Positions 11,930 to 25,169 of a DNA stretch of 64,000 nt are shown one piece after another; the stretch's first letter is position 1, and each line of letters begins with the position of its first letter. The position numbers and the translations under genes are program-made. Origin of the DNA: Macrostomum lignano (lineage: Eukaryota); NCBI GenBank assembly GCA_002269645.1, contig NIVC01003608.1, forward strand, positions 24,123 through 88,122, read 5' to 3'. The notes beneath the pieces were generated by a model. That model ran no database searches. It had not been told where the DNA came from and was given only the letters and a program-made list of their open reading frames with translations.

Positions 11930-12552
11930 ATTTACACTACTACTTTTAAACTACTTAGATTCGAAGCCAGGTCGCTGCATTAGCAGTCTGGTCTGTTCAG
12001 CTCTAGGCTAGCTCTCATCGAAGTTATCAGTGAATTTGTACCACTTATATAATTCAACACTTACACCAAGTCAGGTAGAGTAAAAAGTCACACGAAGCAG
12101 TTATGACATAATCAATTTCTTAGGCAAGTCAGTACCAGTGTCTATGAAAGTTAACAATATGGTTACGTAATATAAATTCAGTACTGCGCTATGCTTTCAC
12201 ACTCAAAGCTGTGACGCAATTCAATTGAGTGTCAAATTCAGCCAGTACACAGACGATAAACAAAGTGTATTGTGATGCAATCTATTTCAGAATCAGAATT
12301 CAACCAGTCAGTTTTTCTGCTAGCATTCTTACAATGCATTTCAAGTCGAAGGAGCTGCTTGACCTTTGCAAAAAAGCATGTTTTTCGAATATTTAATCCC
12401 TTTAATATTGAGCAATTTCTTAGCCAAGATGCATGTACCGTCACGGAAAAATTTCTGATCGAACAGTGCAAGTTCGAACAAAATCGGTTGAGCCGTTTTT
12501 GCTAAAATCGATCACACACATACCGACAGACCATTTTTAGTATATGGACTAG
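11930..12552 (+). mobile_element. Non-autonomous Helitron/Helentron-like repeat, 3' part (copy 1)
   Basis: Homologous to 15285-15843; ends AAATCGGTTGAGCCG...TTTTAGTATATGGACTAG. Confidence 0.5.
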
Positions 12553-12679
12553 CAATCTTCGCCCCCCGATGGGGGACATCTGGATAGAATCTCTGTTTTC
12601 TAAAGTAACAAAAAGACAGCCAAAAATCCTTCAAAAAGACAACAGACAAACTGCTCAAATGAAGTGCATTGCAAAAAGA

Positions 12680-13110
12680 AATCATCCCAAGACTGCAAGC
12701 ATCCCCCAGATAGCAAGCATCCCCTAGATAGCAAGCATCCCCAAGATGGCAAGCATCCCCCAGATAGCAAGCATCCCCCAGATTGCAAGCATCCCCCAGA
12801 TAGCAAGCATCCCCAAGATAGCAAGCATCCCTCAGATAGCAAGCATCCCCCAGATAGCAAGCATCCCCCAGATAGCAAGCATCCCCCAGATAGCAAGCAT
12901 CCCCCAGAAAGCAAGCATCCCTCAGATAGCAAGCATCCCCCAGATAGCAAGCATCCCCCAGATAGCAAGCATCCCCAAGATAGCAAGCATCCCCCAGATA
13001 GCAAGCATCCCCCAGATAGCAAGCATCCCCCAGATAGCAAGCATCCCCCAGATAGCAAGCATCCCCCAGATAGCAAGCATCCCCAAGATAGATAGCATCC
13101 CCAAATAGCA
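12680..13110. repeat. 18-bp minisatellite GATAGCAAGCATCCCCCA
   Basis: About 23 tandem units. Confidence 0.95.
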
Positions 13111-13229
13111 AGCATCCACCAGACAATAAGTAGCTAGTGCGACAATTTCCTTAGCATTATAGCGGCTCCTTTAAAATTCGCTTACTTTTACGTTTGAAAT
13201 TGTGTATCTTTTTATGTTTAACAGGGTGG

Positions 13230-15250
13230 CTCTTTTATGTTCTACGCTCGTACATGGTAACTCTTTTATGTTTGATACGGTGGCTTTTCAATGTCTGACA
13301 TAGTGGCTCTTCTATGTTTGACATGGGGGCTCTTCTATGTTTGACATGGGGGCTCTTCTATGTTTGACATGGGGGCTCTTCTATGTTTGACATGGGGGCT
13401 CTTCTATGTTTTACAAAGTGGCTTTTTAATGTTCAAAAAGGTGGCTCTTTTATGTTTGACATGGTGGCTCTTTAATGTTTGACATGGTGGCTCTTTAATG
13501 TTTGACATGGTGGCTCTTTAATGTTAGACAAAGTAGCTCTTTAATGTTTGACATGGTGGCTCTTTAATGTTAGACAAAGTAGCTCTTTAATGTTTGACAT
13601 GATGGCTCTTTAATGATAGACATGGTGGCTCTTTAATTTTTGACATGGTGGCTCTTTAATGTTGGACATGGTGGCTCTTTAATGTTAGACATGGTGGCTC
13701 TTTAATGTTCGACATAAAGTCACTTATATGTTTGACATGATGGCTCTTTTATGTTTAACATGGTGGCTCTTTAATGTTTGACATGGTAGCTCTTTTATGT
13801 TCGACATGGTGGCTCTTTAATGTTCGACATGGTGGCTCTTTTATGTTCGACATGGTGTCGCTTCAATGTTTGACATGGAGTTACGTATATGTTTTACATG
13901 GTGGCTCTTTTATGTTCGACGTGGTGGCTCTTTAATGTTTGACATGGGGTCTCTTCAATGTTTGACATGGAGTTACGTATATGTTTGACATGGTGGCTCT
14001 TTAATGTTTTACATGGTGGCACTTTCATGTTTGACCTGGTGGCTCTTTAATGTTTGACATGGTGGCTCTGTAATGTTTGACATGGTGTCTCTTTAACGTT
14101 TGACATAGAGTCATGTATATGTTTGACATGGTGGCTCTTAAATGTTTGACATGGTGGCTCTTTAATATTTGACATGGTGGCCCTTTTATGTTCGACATGG
14201 TGGCTCTTTAATGTTTGACATGGAGTCATATATATGTTTGACCTGGTGGCTCTTGTATTTTTAACACGTTGGCTCTTTAATGTTCGACATGGTGGCTCTT
14301 AAATGTCTAACATGGAGTCACGTATATGTTTGACATGGAGTCATGTATATGTCTGGTATGGTAGCTCTTTAATGTTTTACATGGAGTCACCTATATGTTT
14401 CACATGGTGGCTATTTTATGTTTGACATGGTGCTTCTTAAATGTTCGACATGGTGGCTCTTTAATGTTTTACATGGTGGCACTTTCATGTTTGACCTGGT
14501 GGCTCTTTAATGTTTGACATGGTGGCTCTTTAATATTTGACATGGTGGCCCTTTTATGTTCGACATGGTGGCTCTTTAATGTTTGACATGGAGTCATGTA
14601 TATGTTTGACCTGGTGGCACTTTCATGTTTGACCTGGTGGCACTTTCATGTTTGACCTGGTGGCTCTTTAATGTTTGACATGGTGGCTTTTTAATATTTG
14701 ACATGGTGGCACTTTCATGTTTGACCTGGTGGGTCTTTAATGTTTGACATGGTACCTCTTTTATGTTCGACATGGTGGCTCTTTAATGTTTTACATGGTG
14801 GCTCTTTAATGTTTGACATTGTGGCTCTTTAATATTTGACAAGGTGGCTCTTTAATGTTTAAAATGGTGGCTCTTTAATTTTCGAAATGGTGGCTGTTTT
14901 ATGTTTGACATGGTGGCTCTTTAATGTTCGACATGGTGGCTCTTTAATGTTCTTAATAGTGTCTGTTTTATGTTTGACCTGGCGGCTCTTTAATGTTTGA
15001 CATGGTAACTCTTTTAGGTTTGAAATGGTGTCTCTTTAATGTTTGCCATTGTGGCTCTTTAATGTTTGACATGGTGGCTTTTTAATGTTCGACATGGTGG
15101 CTCTTTTAGGTTTGAAATGGTAACTCTTGTATGTTTGATATGGTGGCTCTTTTATGTTCGACATGGTGGCTCTTTAATGTTTGACATTGTGGCTCTTTAA
15201 TGTTTGAAATGGTGGCTCTTTAATGTTTCGACATGGTGGCTCTTTAATGT
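13230..15250. repeat. 22-bp minisatellite ATGTTTGACATGGTGGCTCTTT(A)
   Basis: About 90 variant units. Confidence 0.95.
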
Positions 15251-15284
15251 TGAGAATTTTGTGTTTTTTAACGTGTTTTAATAA

Positions 15285-15843
15285 AAAAAACATTTTTCAC
15301 CACTAAGATTCGAACCAAGGTCGCTACATTAGCATTCCAGTCTGTTTGCATCCGGCTATCTCTTTTCAATTGGAGAACATGACTTGTGGCCCTTATAATT
15401 CAATACTTATAGCAAGTCGGTAAGAGTAAAAAGTTATGACATAATCAATTTCTCAGTCAGCCAGTATCAGTCTCAATTCAAGTTAGCAATATGGTTACGC
15501 AATTTCAATGAAGTCTTGTGTGCGTTTCTGTGGCACTGTTTTCACCTTGTTGTGATGCAATCTTTATCACAATCGTAATTCAGCCAGTCAGTTTTTTCTC
15601 TAGCATTCTTACAATGCATTTCAAGTCAAAAATTTGGCTTGACCTTTGCAAAAAAGCATGTTTTTCGAATATTTAATCCCTTTAACATTGAGCAATTTCT
15701 TAGCCAAGATACATGTACCGTCCCAGGAACATTTCTGATCGAATGGTGCAAGTTTGAAGAAAATCGGTTGAGCCATTTTTTCTGAAATCTATCGCATAGC
15801 TAGTTAGTTACAGACATTTCATTTTTAGTATATAGGACTAGCT
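15285..15843 (+). mobile_element. Non-autonomous Helitron/Helentron-like repeat, 3' part (copy 2)
   Basis: Homologous to 11930-12552; same GGACTAG terminus. Confidence 0.5.
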
Positions 15844-16651
15844 AATTAGAGCTGGCTGCCAGCATCCAGAATAATTTTTATTGCCCCCACCCTTTAAGTG
15901 GGTCCAGTGAGTTTTCTTATCAGTTGGCTCTGGCGCAATCAATTAAAATTGACTGTGAAGTTTCTCGCTGATAAAATTTGCATTGAAAAAGGCCATTTAA
16001 AACAGTTTTTCGAATATTTAATCCCTTTAGCATTGAAGCAGATACAAGAAATTTTAACTGTCTTCTTTCCAGACAATTTTGAATGTTTTGGCGAAAACGC
16101 GATCAAAATCGGTGAAGAATTGCAATCTCTAGAGCGTTATGGACAAGCAAGCATTCAAACATACAAACCTTAGAGATTTAGTATATTTAGAAGAAGTGAA
16201 AACGAGTTGCGTTTTGCGTTTCAAAGTTAACAGTTTGTGTTACATATACCAGCTGTACTGCTACAATACTAAGTGACCGATGTCTTTAGCATACGGTGTG
16301 CAGTTGCCAGGAGCCTCGTAAAAAATTCCTAGTTTCCCGTCCCGGTGTTTGAGTAGTCCCTGGTGAAGGCAAAAAGCATAAGACGTTTGATAAATAGACG
16401 TGCGGCAAAGTTTTTAACTGAGCTTGTTTTTTTAGAAAAAAACACGACATATTTATTGCCTGACACCAGTTTTTAATATTTAGCGAAACTATTTCTGCTA
16501 AACGTTTATTTCTATTTTTAGAAATGTGATTCATACTTGACGTCAGGTTCTTTTTTTAGCAAAACACTTGCTATAATGCCGTGTTTCTATTTTTAGCAAC
16601 GCGCTGGTGTCATAATTCCTGTTTCTATTTTTAGCAACGAGATACATTTCC

Positions 16652-16898
16652 TCAGAACACAGCGCAATCGAAGGGCGTCTTTCTGAGCAGCCGAGTCCAG
16701 ACCAGCTCGCACGCCAGTAGGATCAGGCCAGCGACGTAGAATGCACCAGTGATGATCAGGGCGCCGCCCACGCCTTCCATGTTGATGCTATCAGCCTCTG
16801 TTGACATGCCAACTGAGCAGGATTGGTCGGGCGCGTCATTCGTGAAGTATTTGGTGAATAGTCGCGAGTTCGCGCCGATTATGTCCAGGTTGCGCAGG
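16652..16898 (-). CDS. Ionotropic glutamate receptor-like (iGluR/IR), exon 12: end of S2, M4 and stop
   Basis: Acceptor at 16899-16900; HLRNLDIIGANSRLFTKYF...SINMEGVGGALIITGAFYVAGLILLACELVW...VF*. Confidence 0.85.
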
Positions 16899-17719
16899 CT
16901 GTTAATTCGGGTGGGGGGGGGGGTAGGAAATCGATTTTAAAGTCTTTTCGATTCTGGAAACAATCTTGTCTTCAGCTTTTCTATATATCTCGAATCATCA
17001 ACCGGGACACAATTTTTGAGGAAGTTTGTCGAAATCCTAATGGTAAAAAGGGATACGCTTCTATTTAGATGTAGATAGAGGAATTTTCCTGGTAATCTAG
17101 GCCTTCAAAAATTTTTTTGTGGTACCGCTCGGCCCGTCTCGATTTTCCCTATTATCGCTTATATAAAATCCCTAATCTCGCTTTTACTCTACTGATAGTA
17201 GCATAATGTGGCAAGCGCTCAAATTCTGTCTTTGAAATCATAAGTTAAAAAATGTAATTCAAAACCAATGTTGATTTTTAAAAAGTAGAGATAAAAAATT
17301 TCCTTTCTAACTAGTGAATGGGAGCGCTCTGTTTGAAACTAAATTTATGCCATTCATGCTCCCGGCATCTTAGCAACTTGAAAAGCTTGAACTTTCTTAA
17401 TTTATTAACTAATCGCTTAACTCGTGCAGTAAACAGGACTGTTGGGACTTGCTAATTAACCTGGATAGAAACACCCAGAGTTACGTCTCAAGCCATGTGA
17501 AATGACACCTGATACAAAACAAGTTGTTAAAGTTAAAAAAAGCTGTGTTCTCGTCTGTACGTGGCTAATTGGGACCCAAATTCGTGTAGCTATCAAGTTT
17601 GTCTAACCTATTTAATTCTATCCAATAAACTTAATCCCATTCTCTGTGTACGATCCCCATTCGCGCGTATCTTCCCATGCATGATGCGACCAACTTAATC
17701 CTCATTCACCCAATTCACT

Positions 17720-18377
17720 CCTGAGTCACCTAACTCATTCCCCATTCACACAACTCATTCCCCATTCACACAACTCATTCCCCATTCACACAACTCAGTC
17801 TCCATTCACACAACTCAGTCTCCATTCACACAACTCAGTCTCCATTCACACAACTCATTCCCCATTCACACAACTCATTCCGCATTCACAAAACTCAGTC
17901 TCCATTCACACAACTCATTCCCCATTCACCAAACTCACTCCCCATTCACCATACTCAGTCTCTATTCAACCAACTCACTCCCCATTCACACAACTCACTC
18001 CTCAGTCACCTAACTCTTTCCCCATTCACACAACTCAGTCTCCATTCACACAACTCAGTCTCCATTCACACAACTCATTCCCCATTCACACAACTCATTC
18101 CCCATTCACACAACTTTTTCCCCATTCACACAACTCAGTCTTCATTTACACAACTCAGTCTCCATTAACCAAAGTCAGTCTCTATTCACACAACTCACTC
18201 CCCATTCACCCAACTCAGTTCCCATTCACTAAAGTAAGTCTCTATTCACCCAACTCACTCCCCATTCACCAAACTCACTCCCCATTCACCATACTCAGTC
18301 TCTATTCACCCAACTCACTCCCCATTCACACAACTCAGTTCCCAATCACCAAACTCACTCCCATTCACCCAACTCAC
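17720..18377. repeat. 19-bp intronic minisatellite CCCATTCACACAACTCA(T/C/G)T
   Basis: Tandem units starting at the exon 11 donor. Confidence 0.95.
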
Positions 18378-18541
18378 TGCTCATCCAGCAGCTCAGAGAA
18401 GTAGGCATTCTTCGGGTAGGCGAAGCCGCAGGGTGCCACGTTGGCCCTCTCCTTGGCCAGATAGACTTTTTCGCAGTTGTTGTTGGCCACGTTTAGCAAA
18501 AAGGTGTAGTCACTGAGGCAGACCAGGCCCTTGTCGAATAC
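18378..18541 (-). CDS. iGluR/IR exon 11 (S2)
   Basis: VFDKGLVCLSDYTFLLNVANNNCEKVYLAKERANVAPCGFAYPKNAYFSELLDE; GT-AG bounded, phases consistent. Confidence 0.85.
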
Positions 18542-18694
18542 CTTGTAAAAAGGTGTATATGGGGTAGCGGTTCGGGATAAATGATTTATGATACTACCTG
18601 GTTAGAGGTCTCTAGGATACTAGGGAGAGAATTCCTCGGATTGTCGATATTTTTGGGGCCTCATGGGTGGCAGCTTTCAGTGCGCACAGCTTAC

Positions 18695-18900
18695 CGCCTG
18701 AGCACAGTCTGGGATGGTGTCAGCCAGCAGCATCTGGTCCGTGATCTGCTTGTACACGCCCGACTGCGCACCCTTGAATACATTGTGGATCGTGGTGCCT
18801 CGCGGCATTATTGGCGTCAGGCTGCCATCAGCCAGCATGTCCTCGAAGCTTTGAATTGGCAGGCTGGTGACTGAGACGGTCAAAGCTGAAGTCAGGTCGC
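18695..18900 (-). CDS. iGluR/IR exon 10 (end of M3, S2)
   Basis: GDLTSALTVSVTSLPIQSFEDMLADGSLTPIMPRGTTIHNVFK. Confidence 0.9.
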
Positions 18901-19069
18901 CTGCGAGTGCGGATCAGGGAGCTCAATAGTAAACTGTTGCATCCGTGATTGTCATGAGTGCTGCAAAAATGTAATTAGGAATCTCAGCCCTGTGGGAGCT
19001 TCTCACTTCTCTGAAGCTGCCTTCTTCCCATCTCCCGCTCTGACTTTTCCAACTCTCGCCAATCACCCT

Positions 19070-19690
19070 CTCTCCCTCCTTCCCCATTTTCCTCTCCTGT
19101 TCAAACTTATTCTTTACTTCTCCCTCTCTCCCTCTCCTCTCCCCTTCTCTCCCCCTCTCTCTTCTCCTCTCTCTCCCTCTCTCTCCCTCTGTCCATTTTC
19201 CCTTTCTCCCTCTCCCCCTCTCCACCTCTCTTCATCTCCTCTCCCCCTCTCTCTCTCCTCTCCCCTCTCTCTCTCCTCTCCCCCTCTCTCCCTCTCTTCA
19301 TCTCCTCTCCCCCTCTCTCTCTCCTCTCCCCCTCTCTCCCTCTCTTCATCTCCTCTCCCCCTCTCTCTCTCCTCTCCCCTCTCTCTCTCCTCTCCCCCTC
19401 TCTCCCTCTCTTCATCTCCTCCCCCCTCTCTCTCTCCTCTCCCCTCTCTCTCTCCTCTCCCCCTCTCTCCTTCTCTTCATCTCCTCTCCCCCTCTTTCTC
19501 TCCTCTCCCCTTCTCTCCCTCTCTCTCTATCCTCTCCCCTTGATCTCTCCCTCTCTCCCTCGGTCCCTCTTTCACTTTCTCCCTTCCCCTCTCACCCTCT
19601 CTCCCTCTCCTCTCTCCCTCTCTCCCCCTCCCCTTCTCTCTCTTTCCCTCTCTCCTCTCACCCTCTCCCCTCTCTCCCTCTCTCCTAATT
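19070..19690. repeat. CT-rich low-complexity intronic tract
   Basis: (CT)n/CCT degenerate repeat. Confidence 0.9.
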
Positions 19691-20049
19691 TCTTTTCTCT
19701 TAAAACCCATCAACTCTCTGTGCTTCATCTAACCCTTCTCCCGTCATCCCATTCTCGACTTCTGCTTCCCGACCCTCTCTCACAGTGATATTAATAATTT
19801 AGCTCCCAGTTGATGTATCCCAAAATTCACAAGCCAACTCGCAATGAATAGAGTCGTTTTGACTTGCAGCTGCCTGCCAATGCACTATGAGCACTGGGCT
19901 AAATGCTGTCCAGACAGGAAATTGGCAAAATACAATTTGGATAGACAATCAGAAGCCGGAGTAACTGCCTATTCGCTTAACCAAAATGGCGCCACACAGC
20001 TTAGCAATAATTAGAAAACATTTCCCGGTGACTTAATGTTTAGTCCGCG

Positions 20050-20511
20050 TAACTATCGTCACTCATTCTCCGGTGTGCTGTCAGCTCCCTTCACTCATTC
20101 TCCGGTGTGCTGTCAGCTCCCTTCACTCATTCTCCGGTGTGCTGTCAGCTCCCTTCACTCATTCTCAGGTGTGCTGTCAGCTCCCTTCAGTCACTCACCG
20201 GTGTTGCTGTCAGCTCCATTCACTCACTCACCGGTGTTGCTGTCAGCTCCATTCACTCACTCACCGGTGTTGCTGTCAGCTCCCCTCACTCACTCACCGG
20301 TGTACTGTCAGCTCCCTTCACTCACTCACCGGAGTGCTGTCAACTTCCTTTCATTCACTCACCGGTGTGCTGTCAACTTCCTTTCACTCACTCACCGGTG
20401 TGCTGTCAACTTCCTTTCACTCACCGGTGTGCTGTCAGCTCCCTTCACTCACCGGTGTTGCTGTCAGCTCCCTTCACACTCACCGGTGTGCTGTCAGCTC
20501 CCTTCACTCAC
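20050..20511. repeat. ~28-32-bp intronic minisatellite CTCACCGGTGTGCTGTCAGCTCCCTTCA
   Basis: Tandem units that include the exon 9 donor junction. Confidence 0.95.
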
Positions 20512-20929
20512 CGGTGTAAGCTCCATAGATGATCACGGTGAATAGCCACCAGAAGACCATCACTGCCCGAGGTGACATTGCGTAGGGATAAAAGTCCTGG
20601 CCCTGCTGCAGGAAGCTGCCTATGCAGCTCCAGATGTACTCCTGCAGCCACACCTCGTCGGCGATGGCGAACTCCAGTTGCAGATTCCAAGCCGAGAACG
20701 GGCTGAAGTAGGCCAGGGCGAAGATTGTCAGCGAGGCTACCGCGAGAGCTGCCAGAACTGCCAGCCAGGTATCCGGGTGAAGCGGCGAGAAGATGTTCCA
20801 CAGCTTGCTGGCGGGGGCCGGCCGCGGCAGCAGCAGGGTGAAGGCGTCCTCGAACAGGGTGTAGCCGAAGTCCACCACGCGGGAGCGAGAGGCCGACTTG
20901 GTGAACGTAGTGGCGCCGAACACCACCGA
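20512..20929 (-). CDS. iGluR/IR exon 9 (end of S1, M1, pore M2, M3)
   Basis: SRSRVVDFGYTLFEDAFTLLLPRP...IFSPLHPDTWLAVL...IWSCIGSFLQQG...SPRAVMVFWWLFTVIIYGAYT. Confidence 0.95.
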
Positions 20930-20944
20930 CTGCGGAGCGATGCG

Positions 20945-21395
20945 AACTCTATGCCAGACTCTATGCCAGACTCTATGCCAGACTCTATGCCAGACTCTAT
21001 GCCAGACTCTATGCCAGACTCTATGCCAGACTCTATGCCAGACTCTATGCCAGACTCTATGCCAGACTCTATGCCAGACTCTACGCTAGACTCTATGCCA
21101 GACTCTATGCCAGACTCTATGCCAGACTCTATGCCAGACTCTGTGGCAAACTCTGTGGCAGACTCTACTAGTATACCAGACTCTATGCCAGACTCTATGC
21201 CAGACTCTATGCCAGACTCTATGCCAGACTCTGTGCCAGACTCTGTGCCAGACTCTGTGCCAGACTCTATGCCAGACTCTATGCCAGACTCTATGCCAGA
21301 CTCTATGCCAAACTGTATGCCAGACTCTACTAGTATATCAGACTCTATGCCAGACTATATTATACCATACTATGCCAGACTCTATGCCAGGTCTT
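20945..21395. repeat. 12-bp minisatellite GACTCTATGCCA
   Basis: Tandem units. Confidence 0.95.
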
Positions 21396-21479
21396 TATCA
21401 GATGAATGCCAGATCTATTCAGCATCTATCCAGCATCTATCCAGCATCTATCCAGCATCTATTCAGAATCTATCCAGCA

Positions 21480-22385
21480 ATTAATCTCAATCTCAAACTC
21501 AACCTCAATCTCATTTTCAATCTAAATCTCAATCTTAATCTCAACCTCACCCTAAATTTCATTTTCAGTCTCAATCTTAATCTTAATCTCAATCTCAATC
21601 TCAATCTCAATCTCAATCTCAATCTTAATCTCAATCTCAATCTCAATCCCAATCTCAACCTCAATCTCAATCCCAATCTCAACCTCAATCTCTATCTCAA
21701 TCTCAATCTCAATCTCAATCTCAATCTCAACCTTAATCTCAATCTCAATCTCAATCTCAATCTCAATCCCAATCTCAACCTCAATCCCAATCTCAACCTC
21801 AATCTCTATCTCAATCTCAATCTCAATCTCAATCTCAATGTCAATCTCAATCTCAATCTCAATCTCAATCTCAATCTCAATCTCAATCTCAATCCCAATC
21901 TCAATCTCAATCTCAATCTCAATCTCAATCTCAATCTCAACCTCAATCTCAATCTCAATCTCAATCCCAACCTCAATCTCAATCTCAACCTCAATCTCAA
22001 TCTCAATCTCAATCTCAACCTCAATCTCAATCTCAATCTCAATCTCAACCTCAATCTCAATCCCAATCTCAACCTCAATCTCAATCTCAATCTCAATCTC
22101 AACCTCAATCTCAATCTCAACCTCAATCTCAATCTCAATCTCAATCTCAATCTCAATCTCAATCTCAATCTCAATCTCAACCTCAATCTCAATCTCAATC
22201 TCAATCTCAATCTCAATCTTAATCTCAATCTCAATCTCAATTTCAATCTCAATCTCAATTTCAATCTCAATCTCAATCTCAATCTCAACCTCAATCTCAA
22301 TCTCAATCTCAATCACAATCCCAATCACAATCTCAATCTCAAACTCAATCTAAATCTCAATCTCAACCTCCACCTCAATCTCAAT
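21480..22385. repeat. (AATCTC)n hexamer microsatellite
   Basis: About 150 units. Confidence 0.95.
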
Positions 22386-22419
22386 GTTTGGCAGGTAAGC
22401 ACACAGGAGCAACCATCAC

Positions 22420-22513
22420 CTGGTTCTGAACCTCTCCAATGCAGCCTGAAGCGTAGGTCTGCCCGTCCTCGACGTTGCCCCAGAGGCCGTCATCTGACTG
22501 CTTCAATATGTAG
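22420..22513 (-). CDS. iGluR/IR exon 8 (S1)
   Basis: NYILKQSDDGLWGNVEDGQTYASGCIGEVQNQ. Confidence 0.9.
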
Positions 22514-22584
22514 CTGAAATGGTCATGGAATGTTTCTAATATCGTTGTGACACTGCTTTTCAATCTCTTCTTAGCCGGGCTCAC

Positions 22585-22691
22585 TTGAACTCCATCTTCT
22601 CCTTCAAATATTCCAGAAGTTCCAGAACCATCCCAGTGATCTCTACGGTGTTGTTCGGGTACACCTTCGTGACCTTGACGAATGGCTGAAA
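22585..22691 (-). CDS. iGluR/IR exon 7 (start of S1)
   Basis: FQPFVKVTKVYPNNTVEITGMVLELLEYLKEKMEF. Confidence 0.9.
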
Positions 22692-22759
22692 CTGAAATTG
22701 TCGGGAAAATCAGGAGAGTTTCAGGAAAAGTATATAAGTATCAAGAAAATGTCAGGAAC

Positions 22760-24755
22760 ATCACATCAGTAGGGTGTCAAAAACATCATTAGGGTGTCAG
22801 AATCATCAGTAGGGTGTAAAAAACATCAGTAGGGTGTCAGAATCATCAGTAGGGTGTAAAAAACATCAGTAGGGTGTCAGAATCATCAGTAGGGTGTCAG
22901 GAACACCAGTAGGGTGTCAGAATCATCAGTAGGGTGTCAAAAACATCAGTAGGGTGTCAGAATCATCAGTAGGGTGTCAGGAACACCAGTAGGGTGTCAG
23001 AATCATCAGTAGGGTGTCAGGAACACCAGTAGGGTGTCAGGAACATCACATCAGTAGGGTGTCAGGAACATCACATCAGTAGGGTGTCAGAATCATCAGT
23101 AGGGTGTCAGAATCATCAGTAGGGTGTCAGGAACATCACATCAGTAGGGTGTCAGGAACATCACATCAGTAGGGTGTCAGAATCATCAGTAGGGTGTCAG
23201 GAACATCACATCAGTAGGGTGTCAGAATCATCAGTAGGGTGTCAAAAACATCAGCAGGGTGTCAGAATCATCAGTAGGGTGTCAGGAACACCAGTAGGGT
23301 GTCAGAATCATCAGTAGGGTGTCAGGAACATCACATCAGTAGGGTGTCAGAATCATCAGTAGGGTGTCAGGAACATCACATCAGTAGGGTGTCAGAATCA
23401 TCAGTAGGGTGTCAAAAACATCAGCAGGGTGTCAGAATCATCAGTAGGGTGTCAGGAACACCAGTAGGGTGTCAGAATCATCAGTAGGGTGTCAGGAACA
23501 TCACATCAGTAGGGTGTCAGAATCATCAGTAGGGTGTCAGGAACATCACATCAGTAGGGTGTCAGAATCATCAGTAGGGTGTCAAAAACATCAGCAGGGT
23601 GTCAGAATCATCAGTAGGGTGTCAGGAACACCAGTAGGGTGTCAGGAACATCACATCAGTAGGGTGTCAGGAACATCACATCAGTAGGGTGTCAGGAACA
23701 TCACATCAGTAGGGTGTCAGAATCATCAGTAGGGTGTCAGAATCATCAGTAGGGTGTCAGGAACATCACATCAGTAGGGTGTCAGAATCATCAGTAGGGT
23801 GTCAGGAACATCACATCAGTAGGGTGTCAGAATCATCAGTAGGGTGTCAGGAACATCACATCAGCAGGGTGTCAGAATCATCAGTAGGGTGTCAGGAACA
23901 CCAGTAGGGTGTCAGGAACATCACATCAGTAGGGTGTCAGGAACATCACATCAGTAGGGTGTCAGAATCATCAGTAGGGTGTCAGAATCATCAGTAGGGT
24001 GTCAGGAACATCACATCAGTAGGGTGTCAGAATCATCAGTAGGGTGTCAGGAACATCACATCAGTAGGGTGTCAGAATCATCAGTAGGGTGTCAGGAACA
24101 TCACATCAGCAGGGTGTCAGAATCATCAGTAGGGTGTCAGGAACACCAGTAGGGTGTCAGGAACATCACATCAGTAGGGTGTCAGGAACATCACATCAGT
24201 AGGGTGTCAGAATCATCAGTAGGGTGTCAGAATCATCAGTAGGGTGTCAGGAACATCACATCAGTAGGGTGTTAGAATCATCAGTAGGGTGTCAGGAACA
24301 TCACATCAGTAGGGTGTCAGAATCATCAGTAGGGTGTCAAAAACATCAGCAGGGTGTCAGAATCATCAGTAGGGTGTCAGGAACACCAGTAGGGTGTCAG
24401 AATCATCAGTAGGGTGTCAAGAACACCAATAGGGTGTCAGAATCATCAGTAGGGTGTCAAAAACATCAGTAGGGTGTCGAAATCATCAGTAGGGTGTCAG
24501 GAACATCAGATCAGTAGGGTGTCAGAATCATCAGTAGGATATCAAAAACACCAGTAGGGTGTCAGAATCATCAGTAGGGTGTCAAGAACACCAGTAGGGT
24601 GTCAGAATCATCAGTAGGGTGTCAGGAACACCAGTAGGGTGTCAGAATCATCAGTAGGGTGTCAGGAACACCAGTAGGGTGTCAGAATCATCAGTAGGAT
24701 ATCAAAAACACCAGTAGGGTGTCAGAATCATCAGTAGGGTGTCAGAAAAACCAGT
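22760..24755. repeat. 20/25-bp intronic minisatellite CATCAGTAGGGTGTCAG(AAT/GAACATCA)
   Basis: About 90 variant units. Confidence 0.95.
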
Positions 24756-24806
24756 AGGGTGTCAAAACATTCGGTGCTCGGTGAAAGACAGCGAGTCGAG
24801 CCTCAC

Positions 24807-25070
24807 ATCCATAGTACACAGCAGCAGGGTGTCATTCTTGAACCCGGTGAAGGTGTTGGGAAAAGCCACCGGCTTGCCCCTGAGCCGGTACAGGTCGGTC
24901 AGCCCGCCCGCCGCGTTTCGGCGATCAAATCTACCGGAGCGCACAAAGTGCAGCGGCTCGCTTCGCCTCAGGTTGTAGGTGGCGTACAAGTCGATGCCGT
25001 ATTGGCTGTCGAAATGGCGCGTCGTAGCGTTGAAGGAGATGGGGCCGCGCACGGTAGGGTAGTTGCGAAT
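24807..25070 (-). CDS. iGluR/IR exon 6 (end of ATD)
   Basis: IRNYPTVRGPISFNATTRHFDSQYGIDLY...FKNDTLLLCTMD|GTGAGG. Confidence 0.85.
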
Positions 25071-25169
25071 CTAGGAGAAGATGAGTAGAGGAATTCATCC
25101 CCTGTCCCTGTTGAAACGGACTCTGGTGCATTAGCATCCTAGCTCTCTCTCTTACTGGCTGATCAGTCT

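Noticed and set aside
21372-22517. 381-aa (NL)n ORF and the overlapping (EI)n, (RL)n and (SI)n ORFs
   Set aside because: Translation artefacts of the (AATCTC)n microsatellite inside an iGluR intron
22760-24755. Regular repeat arrays as CRISPR-like loci
   Set aside because: No unique spacers, only variant units; no cas genes; eukaryotic context
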